Shown: positions 1 to 7,116, numbered from the stretch's first letter. The stretch is DNA of 10,685 nt from a virus (IMGVR_UViG_2690316109_000013:1-10685); one strand, 5' to 3'. The notes: generated by a model not told the origin, from the sequence alone. Made by a program: numbers and translations.

Positions 1-62
1 GCACCTTCTTCCTTTATTGCCTGTTCGTCCGGAATGGCGGCGCAAATAAAGACTTTACTCAT
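1..62 (-). CDS. Hypothetical protein, N-terminal fragment; gene runs off the left edge of the window
   Basis: Minus-strand ATG at 62..60 preceded by GAGG about 10 nt upstream; reads MSKVFICAAIPDEQAIKEEGA and is still open at position 1. Not in the ORF track because it is truncated. Confidence 0.4.
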   Translation of the reverse strand, partial: MSKVFICAAIPDEQAIKEEG

Positions 63-154
63 TTTGTTTTACCTCATTACAGATTTAAGGGTGAACAAAT
101 CCCTGCCATTGCTGGCATATAAGAATGAAACCGGATATTTATTACGGAACTGTT

Positions 155-400
155 TTAAAGACCTGCCGGGATTTCGTTATTATCCTGGTGAATAACTTTA
201 TCGACCGGGTAACAGTTACCGGGAATTTTCTGTTCGGTTGCTGCAGTCACACACTCCTGCATTGTCCTGTGAACACTGACTGCAATATCAACTGGCTCTC
301 CGGAAACAAGAAAAACTGTCAGAACAAGTGCAAATGCTGTATTCATTGCCAGCATCCTTTTTGTATCGGACGTAAACGGGCCAGCATTGAAAGAATGCAT
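155..400 (-). CDS. Hypothetical small protein (81 aa) with one hydrophobic, membrane-like segment
   Basis: ORF track entry; ATG start at 400..398; hydrophobic stretch AFALVLTVFLVSG. The nearest GGGAG lies about 14 nt upstream, which is long for an RBS. Sits in an AT-rich stretch by eye. Product not recognised. Confidence 0.3.
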   Translation of the reverse strand: MHSFNAGPFTSDTKRMLAMNTAFALVLTVFLVSGEPVDIAVSVHRTMQECVTAATEQKIPGNCYPVDKVIHQDNNEIPAGL

Positions 401-1064
401 ATTTTATTTAATAGCTCCCGTTCGTGTTTTCTCTTGTTATGACACCAATTTCAAAACAACCTTCAGACGTATTAACGTTTGGTAATAACGTTTCCATTAT
501 CGCGTCCTCAACAATGAATTTTGTGATGCGGTGCCTGGTGCCTCCAGGTGACGTTAACCAGTTAACAATTAACGCCGGATACAGAGAATCCACCCATAAC
601 ACTGTTTTTGGTTTTAACTGTTCCGCGTGCGCTCAGCCGCATTCACCGCATCACAAAATTCACTTTAAAAACGGCGGCAGAGCAGTCACGGAGTAAAACT
701 GATACCGCCAAACGTCACCAGAAAATTGATAACAGAGGGCGTTGCAGCGGGGTTGTCGCTTAAGCGTATGGTCAACCTGACAACCCGGTGTCCTCAACGG
801 GGAAGGAATAACCCCGCCATACTTACCGCCGCGCCATTTCGCGGAGTGCCACAACCGGAAGCGCACGGTCGACGAAAATTTAACGACAGGCTATCTATGA
901 ACCAGCTACCTCGCCGTGCGCTTTCGCGTTATGGTCTGACTTTTCATGGAAATATCCTTTCAGTAAACTGTCAGTGCCGGATGCTCACCCGTGTCCGGCG
1001 CACGCACTCCACCTCACCCGTGGAGAACTCCTTAATTACCAACCTTAGCTTCGTTGGTTAGCTA

Positions 1065-1283
1065 TTAACGCGGGTATGTAATCATTCTGGCAATGCTTAA
1101 TGCCGCTGCTTTTTCCAGCCTGGTGATATCCTGCTCCAGAGCGGACAGATTTTCAGCCTGCTTAGCCCTGGCTTCATTGGCCCATTTCAGATCCTGCGCT
1201 GCATTAATTTTCTGGCGCATCCACTCATAAAGTTCATCATCGGTATAGTCTGGCGAGATGATGACGGGTTCTCGTTTCTGCAT
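1065..1283 (-). CDS. Hypothetical small protein (72 aa), charged and helical-looking; part of the leftward early operon
   Basis: ORF track entry; ATG at 1283..1281 with GAGGA 6 nt upstream on the minus strand; same orientation as the neighbouring small genes. Confidence 0.55.
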   Translation of the reverse strand: MQKREPVIISPDYTDDELYEWMRQKINAAQDLKWANEARAKQAENLSALEQDITRLEKAAALSIARMITYPR

Positions 1284-1312
1284 ACTGATTCCTCGCGGTG
1301 CTGCTTCGCTTA

Positions 1313-1441
1313 TCAGCCGTTAGATTTTGCCGAGCTGGAAAGCGCCTGTTTAAACTCACTGAAGCTGAGAGCTTCTTCGCCTTCGGCAAGGCCTTCGAAG
1401 TATTCTTCGTAAGCCTTTTCCATGATTGTGTCGAAATCCAT
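1313..1441 (-). CDS. Hypothetical small acidic protein (42 aa), hand-translated: MDFDTIMEKAYEEYFEGLAEGEEALSFSEFKQALSSSAKSNG
   Basis: Below the ORF-track size cut-off. ATG at 1441..1439 with AGGTGA upstream. The upstream gene's stop (1445..1443) and this start form TGAtATG on the minus strand, a typical translational-coupling arrangement. An alternative in-frame ATG at 1483 would give 56 aa. Confidence 0.4.
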   Translation of the reverse strand: MDFDTIMEKAYEEYFEGLAEGEEALSFSEFKQALSSSAKSNG

Positions 1442-1442
1442 A

Positions 1443-1679
1443 TCACTCACCTGAGTTTCTTTCCAGCCAGCGACGGGCACCATTTTCGGTTTTAAACGTT
1501 TTGCTTTTGGTATACGTCATCGCGGTGAACGTACCGTCCTGGTTGGGAAACACGCCGTACACCAGAGATTCGTTGTTGCCAAGATCGATAGTATCCATGT
1601 TGACCTCATTTCCCCTTAACGCCGGGGTAGCGGAACAAAAACCTGCTGCATAGTTATTAAAGTTGAACCCTGCCGTCAT
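1443..1679 (-). CDS. Hypothetical small protein (78 aa); first gene of the leftward operon; possibly YdaF/YdaG-like
   Basis: ORF track entry; ATG at 1679..1677 with GAGG about 9 nt upstream; lies just downstream of the pL-like promoter. An internal Met would give a 51-aa product. The Rac ydaF/ydaG assignment is unverified. Confidence 0.5.
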   Translation of the reverse strand: MTAGFNFNNYAAGFCSATPALRGNEVNMDTIDLGNNESLVYGVFPNQDGTFTAMTYTKSKTFKTENGARRWLERNSGE

Positions 1680-1779
1680 GTTCTTACGCCTCGGGCTGGC
1701 TACTTAACCCCTGACCACTGCCTGGTAACTCGAGGTATTGCCCTGTATTGTGTGGGACGGGATGGGTTGGTATGGGAAA

Positions 1780-1808
1780 ACTATAGGAAATGCCTAATTA
1801 CTTGTCAA
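1780..1808 (-). promoter_or_regulatory. pL-like sigma70 promoter driving leftward early transcription
   Basis: On the minus strand: TTGACA (plus 1808..1803), 17-bp spacer, TATAGT (plus 1785..1780). Operator-like GCCTAAT/ATTAGGC half-sites overlap the spacer and flank the -35. Confidence 0.5.
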
Positions 1809-1845
1809 TAGGCTATGCCTAATAATCTGGGCGCGACCTAATAGG
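1791..1845. promoter_or_regulatory. OL-like operator cluster of repeated TTAGGC/GCCTAA half-sites
   Basis: tgcctaatta (1791-1800), near-palindromic TAGGCTATGCCTAAT (1809-1823) and cctaatagg (1837-1845). The 15-mer 1802-1816 is the exact reverse complement of 2453-2467 on the other side of the repressor gene. Confidence 0.5.
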
Positions 1846-1880
1846 TGATGGTTTGTGGGAGAGGTAGTAGGAGTTAACTA

Positions 1881-1902
1881 ACGGGAACTAGGAATTTCCC
1901 GT
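1881..1902 (-). terminator. Hairpin just downstream of the repressor gene; possible weak terminator
   Basis: Inverted repeat acgggaa (1881-1887) and ttcccgt (1896-1902) with an 8-nt loop, immediately after the repressor stop on the minus strand. The following U-tract is poor. Confidence 0.3.
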
Positions 1903-1916
1903 CGGACCATATAAGT

Positions 1917-2393
1917 TTAAGTTCCTGTCTTGGTGATGTTCTGGCTTTTCCGTTTTGATTCTTGATTTTTCAGATAGTTAGCTACCTTCATTTCCATTGC
2001 GGCAATGTAGGCGCGAACGTCATGATCAACCCAACTAGGCTCCGTAGCATTTCCAGATAAGAGGAAAGCCACAATTGCTCTTTTTTCATCAGAGGCGGCT
2101 TGATAAAGGCTGTTTATGTCTAAAAGTTCACTTTTTGTATCTGAAGTGGATGGGGTTGGTATGGGGTATTCGTTAAGCCCCCAATGCTCTGGACCAACCA
2201 CATCAGAAAAGAAACGCCATAGTTCTGGAAGTTTGTCTTTACTTATCGAACCTTTCTTAATCCAGTCATGGATTGATGGTGGTTGGACTTTGAAATGACG
2301 TGCGATTTCCGCCTTTGATTTGACGGCTCCTGATGCAATTTTTTTGTTAATGGCCTGCTCTATCGCTCGGCCTAAGTCTTTACCACTAAGCAT
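1917..2393 (-). CDS. racR: Prophage repressor, RacR-like HTH protein (158 aa)
   Basis: ORF track entry; AGGAGA 10 nt upstream of the ATG at 2393; HTH-like segment KSKAEIARHFKVQPPSIHDWIKKGS; transcribed divergently from a Cro-like gene and flanked by operator repeats. Length and position match my recollection of RacR in the Rac prophage. Confidence 0.65.
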   Translation of the reverse strand: MLSGKDLGRAIEQAINKKIASGAVKSKAEIARHFKVQPPSIHDWIKKGSISKDKLPELWRFFSDVVGPEHWGLNEYPIPTPSTSDTKSELLDINSLYQAASDEKRAIVAFLLSGNATEPSWVDHDVRAYIAAMEMKVANYLKNQESKRKSQNITKTGT

Positions 2394-2421
2394 TGCTTAA
2401 TAGTCTCCTATGCGCATCGCG

Positions 2422-2488
2422 TTAGGCAATCCCTACTCTCGATGTGTTAGGTATAGCCTATTGACAATTGCATTAGGCTAAGCCTAAT
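2422..2488. promoter_or_regulatory. OR-like operator cluster
   Basis: ttaggc (2422-2427), ttaggtatagcctattgacaa (2447-2467) and the 7-3-7 palindrome ATTAGGCtaaGCCTAAT (2472-2488), which overlaps the PR-like spacer and -10. Confidence 0.5.
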
Positions 2489-2490
2489 AT
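2461..2490 (+). promoter_or_regulatory. PR-like sigma70 promoter driving the rightward early operon
   Basis: TTGACA (2461-2466), 18-bp spacer, TAATAT (2485-2490); followed by GGAG (2505-2508) and the ATG at 2518. Confidence 0.55.
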
Positions 2491-2517
2491 TGTTGCGTGT
2501 TTTTTGGAGTTCATTCG

Positions 2518-2841
2518 ATGAAAAAAGATAACTATTCATTCAAACGAGCTTGTGCTGTTGTCGGTGGGCAATCAGCAATGGCTAGGCTTTTAGGTGTATC
2601 TCCTCCAAGCGTAAATCAATGGATCAAAGGTGTACGTCAGTTGCCTGCTGAGAGATGTCCTGCGATTGAACGAGCAACAAAAGGTGGTGTCCTGTGTGAA
2701 GAACTTCGTCCTGATGTTGATTGGACATACTTACGACGCTCGTCATGTTATTCGCAGAATATGTCGATGAAGCAACCAAATGACGAAAACGATCATACCC
2801 GAAGCATCAAGAGGCAAATGATTCATGAAAATCAAACATGA
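2518..2841 (+). CDS. ydaS: Cro/CI-type HTH DNA-binding protein, YdaS-like (107 aa from the ATG at 2518)
   Basis: HTH motif QSAMARLLGVSPPSVNQWIKGVRQ; first gene after the PR-like promoter; GGAG 9 nt upstream. The track ORF begins at 2497, but 2518 has the better RBS. Confidence 0.7.
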   Translation: MKKDNYSFKRACAVVGGQSAMARLLGVSPPSVNQWIKGVRQLPAERCPAIERATKGGVLCEELRPDVDWTYLRRSSCYSQNMSMKQPNDENDHTRSIKRQMIHENQT

Positions 2842-3250
2842 GCACATCCGCATGGCGATGAATGCTTGGGCATACCCTGATGGTGAGAAAGTTCCTGCAG
2901 CTGAAATAGCCCGGACTTATTTCGAACTGGGGATGACGTTCCCTGAACTGTACGACGACAGCCATCCGGAAGCCCTGGCCCGTAATACACAGAAAATTTT
3001 CCGTTGGCTGGATAAAGACACCCCTGATGCTGTTGAAAAAATTCAGGCTCTGTTACCGGCGATCGAAAAGGCAATGCCGCCTCTGCTGGTGGCCCGTATG
3101 CGCAGTCACAGCTCTGAGTATTACCGGGAGATTGTCGAACGGCGGGATCGGCTGGTGAAGGATGTCGACGATTTTGTTGCGTCAGCGGTTGTTTTGTATG
3201 ACCAGATGAATCGCGGCGGCCCGGCAGGGAATGCTGTGGTGATGCACTAA
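2825..3250 (+). CDS. ydaT: YdaT-like protein (141 aa), reported as a phage CII-like regulator
   Basis: ORF track entry; start overlaps the YdaS-like stop by 17 nt; GAGG 10 nt upstream; sequence and length match my recollection of Rac YdaT. Confidence 0.7.
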   Translation: MKIKHEHIRMAMNAWAYPDGEKVPAAEIARTYFELGMTFPELYDDSHPEALARNTQKIFRWLDKDTPDAVEKIQALLPAIEKAMPPLLVARMRSHSSEYYREIVERRDRLVKDVDDFVASAVVLYDQMNRGGPAGNAVVMH

Positions 3251-3272
3251 AAGCACGGTGTTCGGGGGTTTT

Positions 3273-4235
3273 ATGAGCAGCAAGCTTCATGGTCTTGTCT
3301 GGGAAGGGTGCGCCTTCACCGGCATGATCTTATCCAGGGTGGCGGTTATGGCCCGTCTTGCAGACTACAGCAATGACGAGGGTGTGTCATGGCCTGCCAT
3401 TGAAACTATCCGGCGTCAGATCGGTGCAAGAAGTGAATCCACAGTGAAATCGGCTATTGCAGAACTGGCGAAAGAGGGCTGGCTGACGAAGGAAGAGCGT
3501 AAGGTCGGTGGGCGTAATGTAAGCAATATCTATCGGCTTAATGTGGAAAAACTCGAAGCAGCTGCGGCGGCGGCGCGTGAGTCATATAAACCGAAAAGAA
3601 AAATTAGCCCGGCAAAAAATGACCCGTTAACAGTTGACCCGTCAAATATTGACCCCTCAACGGTTGACCCGTCAAATTTTGATGGATCAACTGTTGATAA
3701 AAAACTGCCGATTAGGGGGGCGATGATTGACCCCGATCCGTCAGTATTAAAACCTGAACCGTCAGATAAAAGATCTTCTTGTCCGGACGCTTCGCAACCG
3801 GACCCGCAGACGGCTGAACAGGATTTTTTAACCCGACACCCTGACGCGGTTGTGTTCAGTGCGAAAAAACGCCAGTGGGGAAGTCAGGAAGATTTGGTGT
3901 GCGCACAGTGGATCTGGGGACGAATCGTGAGTCTTTACGAGCAGGCGGCCAGCTATGATGGCGAGATCACTAGACCGAAAGAACCCAACTGGACAGCATG
4001 GGCCAATGACGTTCGCACAATGCGGATGCTGGATGGCAGAACTCACAGACAAATTTGTGAAATGTTTGGGCGTCTCCAGCGGGATTCGTTCTGGGTAAAA
4101 AACATCATGAGTCCGGCAAAACTCCGGGAAAAATGGGATGAACTGGTTATCCGCCTGGGGCGTTCGCCTGCGCAGCGTTGCGTGAATCACATTTCTGAAC
4201 CGGACACTGAAATACCGCCGGGATTCAGGGGGTGA
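3273..4235 (+). CDS. ydaU: Replication initiation protein, lambda O-like / YdaU-like, with N-terminal HTH domain and a repetitive linker
   Basis: ORF track entry 3258-4235 (GTG start); I prefer the in-frame ATG at 3273 (MSSKLHGL). N-terminal winged-helix-like segment; linker reads DPSNIDPSTVDPSNFDGSTVD, encoded by iteron-like DNA repeats; followed by an overlapping DnaC-like gene. Confidence 0.7.
   Translation: MSSKLHGLVWEGCAFTGMILSRVAVMARLADYSNDEGVSWPAIETIRRQIGARSESTVKSAIAELAKEGWLTKEERKVGGRNVSNIYRLNVEKLEAAAAAARESYKPKRKISPAKNDPLTVDPSNIDPSTVDPSNFDGSTVDKKLPIRGAMIDPDPSVLKPEPSDKRSSCPDASQPDPQTAEQDFLTRHPDAVVFSAKKRQWGSQEDLVCAQWIWGRIVSLYEQAASYDGEITRPKEPNWTAWANDVRTMRMLDGRTHRQICEMFGRLQRDSFWVKNIMSPAKLREKWDELVIRLGRSPAQRCVNHISEPDTEIPPGFRG
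3621..3770. repeat. Iteron-like direct and inverted repeats inside the O-like gene; putative prophage replication origin
   Basis: Exact 14-bp copies of ttgacccgtcaaat at 3634-3647 and 3664-3677 (core palindrome TTGACccGTCAA), variant attgacccctcaa (3648-3660), palindrome ttgatggatcaa (3679-3690), further ccgtcag repeats (3725-3767), with A/T-rich DNA alongside. Confidence 0.45.
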
Positions 4236-4241
4236 CGTGTC

Positions 4242-4988
4242 ATGAAAAACATTGCGGCAGTTGGGGTTCTTGAACGTATTCGCAGACTTGCACCACAGGG
4301 GTCGGTTCCACCGTACCGGACGGTGGAGGAGTGGCGGGAATGGCAACTTGCTGAAGGACGAAAACGCAGCGAGGAGATTAACCGCCAGAATCGCCAGTTG
4401 CGGGTGGAAAAAATCCTGAATCGTTCGGGCATCCAGCCTCTGCACAGCAAATGCTCGTTTGCAAATTATCAGGTGCAGAACGACGGGCAAAAATACGCGC
4501 TGAGCCAGGCCAAATCCATAGCTGACGAACTGATGACCGGGTGCACGAATTTTGTGTTCAGCGGTAAAACCGGCACCGGGAAAAATCACCTTGCAGCGGC
4601 GATGGGCAACCGGCTGATGGTGAAGGGGCGCAGCGTGATTATCGTCACCGTGTCTGACGTCATGAGCGTGTTGCATGACAGCTACGACAACGGCAAATCC
4701 GGGGAAAAATTTTTACAGGAGCTTTGCGGGGTTGATTTGCTGGTCCTGGATGAAATAGGCGTTCAGCGGGAGACGAAAAACGAGCAGGTGGTATTGCACC
4801 AGATAATTGATCGCCGGACAGCATCACTGTGCAGTGTCGGGATGTTAACAAACCTGAATCATGCCGCAATGAGTACGCTTCTTGGTGAGAGGATTATGGA
4901 CCGCATGACCATGAACGGTGGTCGATGGGTGACGTTTAACTGGGATAGCTGGCGTCCAAATGTCAGCAATATGAGGGTTGTGAAGTAA
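4242..4988 (+). CDS. ydaV: DnaC-like AAA+ helicase loader, YdaV-like (248 aa)
   Basis: Walker A GKTGTGKNHLAAA (the GKN form that I recall from E. coli DnaC), Walker B LLVLDEIG, and a C-terminal LGERIMDRM...FNWDSWR segment resembling DnaC; AGGGGG RBS 10 nt upstream; positioned directly after the initiator gene. Confidence 0.8.
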   Translation: MKNIAAVGVLERIRRLAPQGSVPPYRTVEEWREWQLAEGRKRSEEINRQNRQLRVEKILNRSGIQPLHSKCSFANYQVQNDGQKYALSQAKSIADELMTGCTNFVFSGKTGTGKNHLAAAMGNRLMVKGRSVIIVTVSDVMSVLHDSYDNGKSGEKFLQELCGVDLLVLDEIGVQRETKNEQVVLHQIIDRRTASLCSVGMLTNLNHAAMSTLLGERIMDRMTMNGGRWVTFNWDSWRPNVSNMRVVK

Positions 4989-5009
4989 TTTTGTCCGGAG
5001 GAAATTTTA

Positions 5010-5780
5010 ATGGAAACCGTATCTGACGCACTGAAAGCACTGAAAAAAGCCTCTTCACATGTGGTGGCAGCTCGCCTTGGAATCACTCGTGAAGAGGCTG
5101 TCAACGAGCTGTGGGAACTCAAAAGAAATGGCGTCGTTGATAAAACTGGTCACACCTGGTTTCTGGCTGGCGAAGGTGAATCCCGGGTAACCGAGGAGCG
5201 GCCAGTAAAATCTGAAGCACAGGATATGCTGACCAGGGAGGTCGAACAAAAAGTTACCGCAGACATGATGATTGAGTTTATCGGTCAGGATGGGGCTAAA
5301 ACGTGTGAGGAACTGGCGGGTAAGTTCGGTGTCAGTACTCGCAAGGTTGCTTCCACGCTGGCGGTGGTAACCGCAACGGGGCGGCTGGCACGCGTTAATC
5401 AGAACGGTAAATTTCGTTACTGCATGCCGGGCGATAATTTACCAGCAGAGCCGAAAGCCGCGCTGGTAACGGAAAGTGATGGTAAGGCCTTTCCTCAGCC
5501 AGCAGGTGCTGCGTTACCAGTCCGGGAAGCCGCAACACAGGAAGAAATTAAAACAGAAACTGTGGCGGACATTGTGCAGCCGTTGCCATCGTTTACCGAA
5601 ACGCAAGCAGATGAGCTGATTTTTCCGTCCCTTCGCAGGGCAAACCTGGCGCTGCGCAGGGCGAAAAGTGATGTTCAGAAGTGGGAGCGAGTCTGCGCCG
5701 CGCTGCGGGAGCTGAACAAGCACCGGGATATTGTTCGACAGATTACTGATTCTTCCCGCCGTGTTGTATCGGAAAAGTGA
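5010..5780 (+). CDS. Hypothetical protein (256 aa) with two copies of a winged-helix-like module
   Basis: ORF track entry; GGAGG 9 nt upstream; two segments of about 55 aa (residues 1-57 and about 85-140) share the pattern G..T..ELA...G.S...V...L..L...G.V. Confidence 0.55.
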   Translation: METVSDALKALKKASSHVVAARLGITREEAVNELWELKRNGVVDKTGHTWFLAGEGESRVTEERPVKSEAQDMLTREVEQKVTADMMIEFIGQDGAKTCEELAGKFGVSTRKVASTLAVVTATGRLARVNQNGKFRYCMPGDNLPAEPKAALVTESDGKAFPQPAGAALPVREAATQEEIKTETVADIVQPLPSFTETQADELIFPSLRRANLALRRAKSDVQKWERVCAALRELNKHRDIVRQITDSSRRVVSEK

Positions 5781-5795
5781 TTGCCGAAGGCGCTT

Positions 5796-6221
5796 ATGGA
5801 AAAAGTATTTACACAAGAAGAGCGGGAAAAAATTAAAGGGCAGGTTGTTGAGCTAGTACGCCGGAGTGGGCGCGAGACGTTACGGCAACTGGAAGCCAAG
5901 ACAGGTGCGACAAGATATCTGATGAGCGTTCTTGCCAGAGAGCTGGTTGCCAGTGGTGATGTATATCACTCTGGCTATGGGTTGTTCCCGTCAGAACAGG
6001 CTCGTAAGGACTGGCAAAACGCCCGCAAAAAACTCTCGAGTGCAAAGGTGAAGAAACCTGTTGTGGTTGATCCGGGCCTTATCTGGACATTACCCGACGG
6101 AGAAATACGCCGCTACGACAGGCGTATGAACATAATCTGTCGCGAGTGCCGGAAGAGCGAAGCTATGCAGCGTGTACTGGCATTTTATCAAGGAAATGTT
6201 AGGTATTTTAGACGTTACTAG
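5796..6221 (+). CDS. Ren-like protein (141 aa from the ATG at 5796); third copy of the winged-helix-like module plus a Ren-like C-terminus
   Basis: ORF track entry starts at a TTG at 5781; the in-frame ATG at 5796 has GAAGG upstream. C-terminus CRECRKSEAMQRVLAFYQG resembles my recollection of the lambda Ren C-terminus (CRQSAAMKRVLAVYG). Occupies the position where ren sits in lambda. Confidence 0.5.
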   Translation: MEKVFTQEEREKIKGQVVELVRRSGRETLRQLEAKTGATRYLMSVLARELVASGDVYHSGYGLFPSEQARKDWQNARKKLSSAKVKKPVVVDPGLIWTLPDGEIRRYDRRMNIICRECRKSEAMQRVLAFYQGNVRYFRRY

Positions 6222-6374
6222 ATTAAAGAGCATTAGTTCAGATGTGAATTGACATTTTCATGGCGCAGGGTAGAGCCAGCGTGGTTGTCCGCTTTGCGTC
6301 AAAACCAGATATTACCAGATTTAGACATATATTCCCGATAGCCCTGCTCTGATGCTACACTCTGTGCTATTTTC

Positions 6375-7021
6375 ATGACCCCAATAAAAATATTTATGAC
6401 TATTGCTGATTTCAAACGGCCTAAATTGGAGCTTCCAAACGGGGCAAACAAACTACTACTGCACTCTTGCTGTGCTCCATGTTCCGGTGAAGTGATGGAG
6501 GCGCTTCAGGCCTCGGGAATCGACTACACCATCTTTTTCTACAACCCGAACATTCATCCTCAGAAAGAGTATTTAATTCGTAAGGATGAAAATATTCGCT
6601 TTGCTGAACAACACGGCGTGCCGTTTATCGATGCTGATTACGACACCGACAACTGGTTTGAACGTGCCAAAGGAATGGAATGGGAGCCTGAGAGGGGGAT
6701 CCGTTGTACCATGTGTTTTGACATGCGTTTTGAGCGGACAGCGTTGTACGCTGCTGAAAATGGTTTCAGTGTGATCAGATTAACGAGTGTGGGCGGCGAG
6801 CTGTTGCGCATTATCCGGGTATGGTGTACTGGGATTATAACTGGCGCAAGCAGGGCGGCTCGTCCCGTATGATTGAAATCAGCAAGCGCGAAAAATTCTA
6901 TCAGCAGGAATATTGTGGCTGTGTGTATTCTCTGCGCGATACCAATCTACACCGCAAATCTCAGGGACGCCCTCTTATCAAAATTGGCCAACTCCACTAC
7001 GGAAAAGAAGAGAAGGAGTGA
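6375..7021 (+). pseudogene. DUF208 / QueH-like (B12-independent epoxyqueuosine reductase family) gene split between two reading frames
   Basis: N-terminal part in the 6375-6872 ORF carries [11 protein letters not shown] and CTMC motifs; the C-terminal part, with [11 protein letters not shown] and EYCGCVYS, is in the 6821-7021 ORF in a different frame. The second frame is open from 6758, so the shift lies between about 6758 and 6872. No RBS is evident before either candidate ATG (6375 or 6396). Confidence 0.55.
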
Positions 7022-7091
7022 TTTTATGGATCACCTTTCTGATTGATTTCATATTGGCGAGGTGACGTGAGTTAAGTAGAATTGCTGCGGG

Positions 7092-7116
7092 TGCCTGAGG
7101 CTGTCTGCCTCAGGCA
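7092..7116 (+). other. Perfect 9-bp stem-loop in the leader upstream of the methyltransferase gene
   Basis: tgcctgagg (7092-7100), 7-nt loop, cctcaggca (7108-7116); no adjacent T-tract on either strand. A weak promoter candidate TTGGCG-17-TAGAAT (7054-7082) lies just upstream. Confidence 0.3.

Noticed and set aside
125-442. Plus-strand Cys-rich ORF (105 aa)
   Set aside because: Weak RBS, odd composition, and it runs against the direction of the leftward operon; probably a chance ORF in AT-rich DNA.
408-602. Minus-strand ORF (64 aa)
   Set aside because: Begins at a GTG with no RBS and contains no in-frame ATG near the start; it might be part of a frameshifted larger gene, but I cannot support it as a gene.
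660-1061. ORFs 660-866 (minus) and 726-1061 (plus)
   Set aside because: Translations are Arg/Trp/Cys-rich and overlap a hairpin-dense region; no RBS; more consistent with non-coding DNA.
2832-3290. Minus-strand ORF (152 aa) opposite the YdaT-like gene
   Set aside because: Antisense to a recognisable gene; Pro/Ser/Arg-rich translation with no motif.
3828-4676. Long minus-strand ORF (282 aa) spanning the initiator and DnaC-like genes
   Set aside because: Antisense to two well-supported, motif-bearing genes; the translation is Arg/Pro/His-rich with no recognisable domain. Long antisense ORFs are expected in GC-rich coding DNA.
4242-4988. Apparent Walker A anomaly (GKN instead of GKT/S) in the helicase loader
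   Set aside because: As I recall, E. coli DnaC has the same GKN form, so this is the family norm and not a defect.
7092-7116. The 7092-7116 hairpin as an intrinsic terminator or REP element
   Set aside because: No U-tract on either strand and no resemblance to the REP consensus; retained only as a possible regulatory structure.
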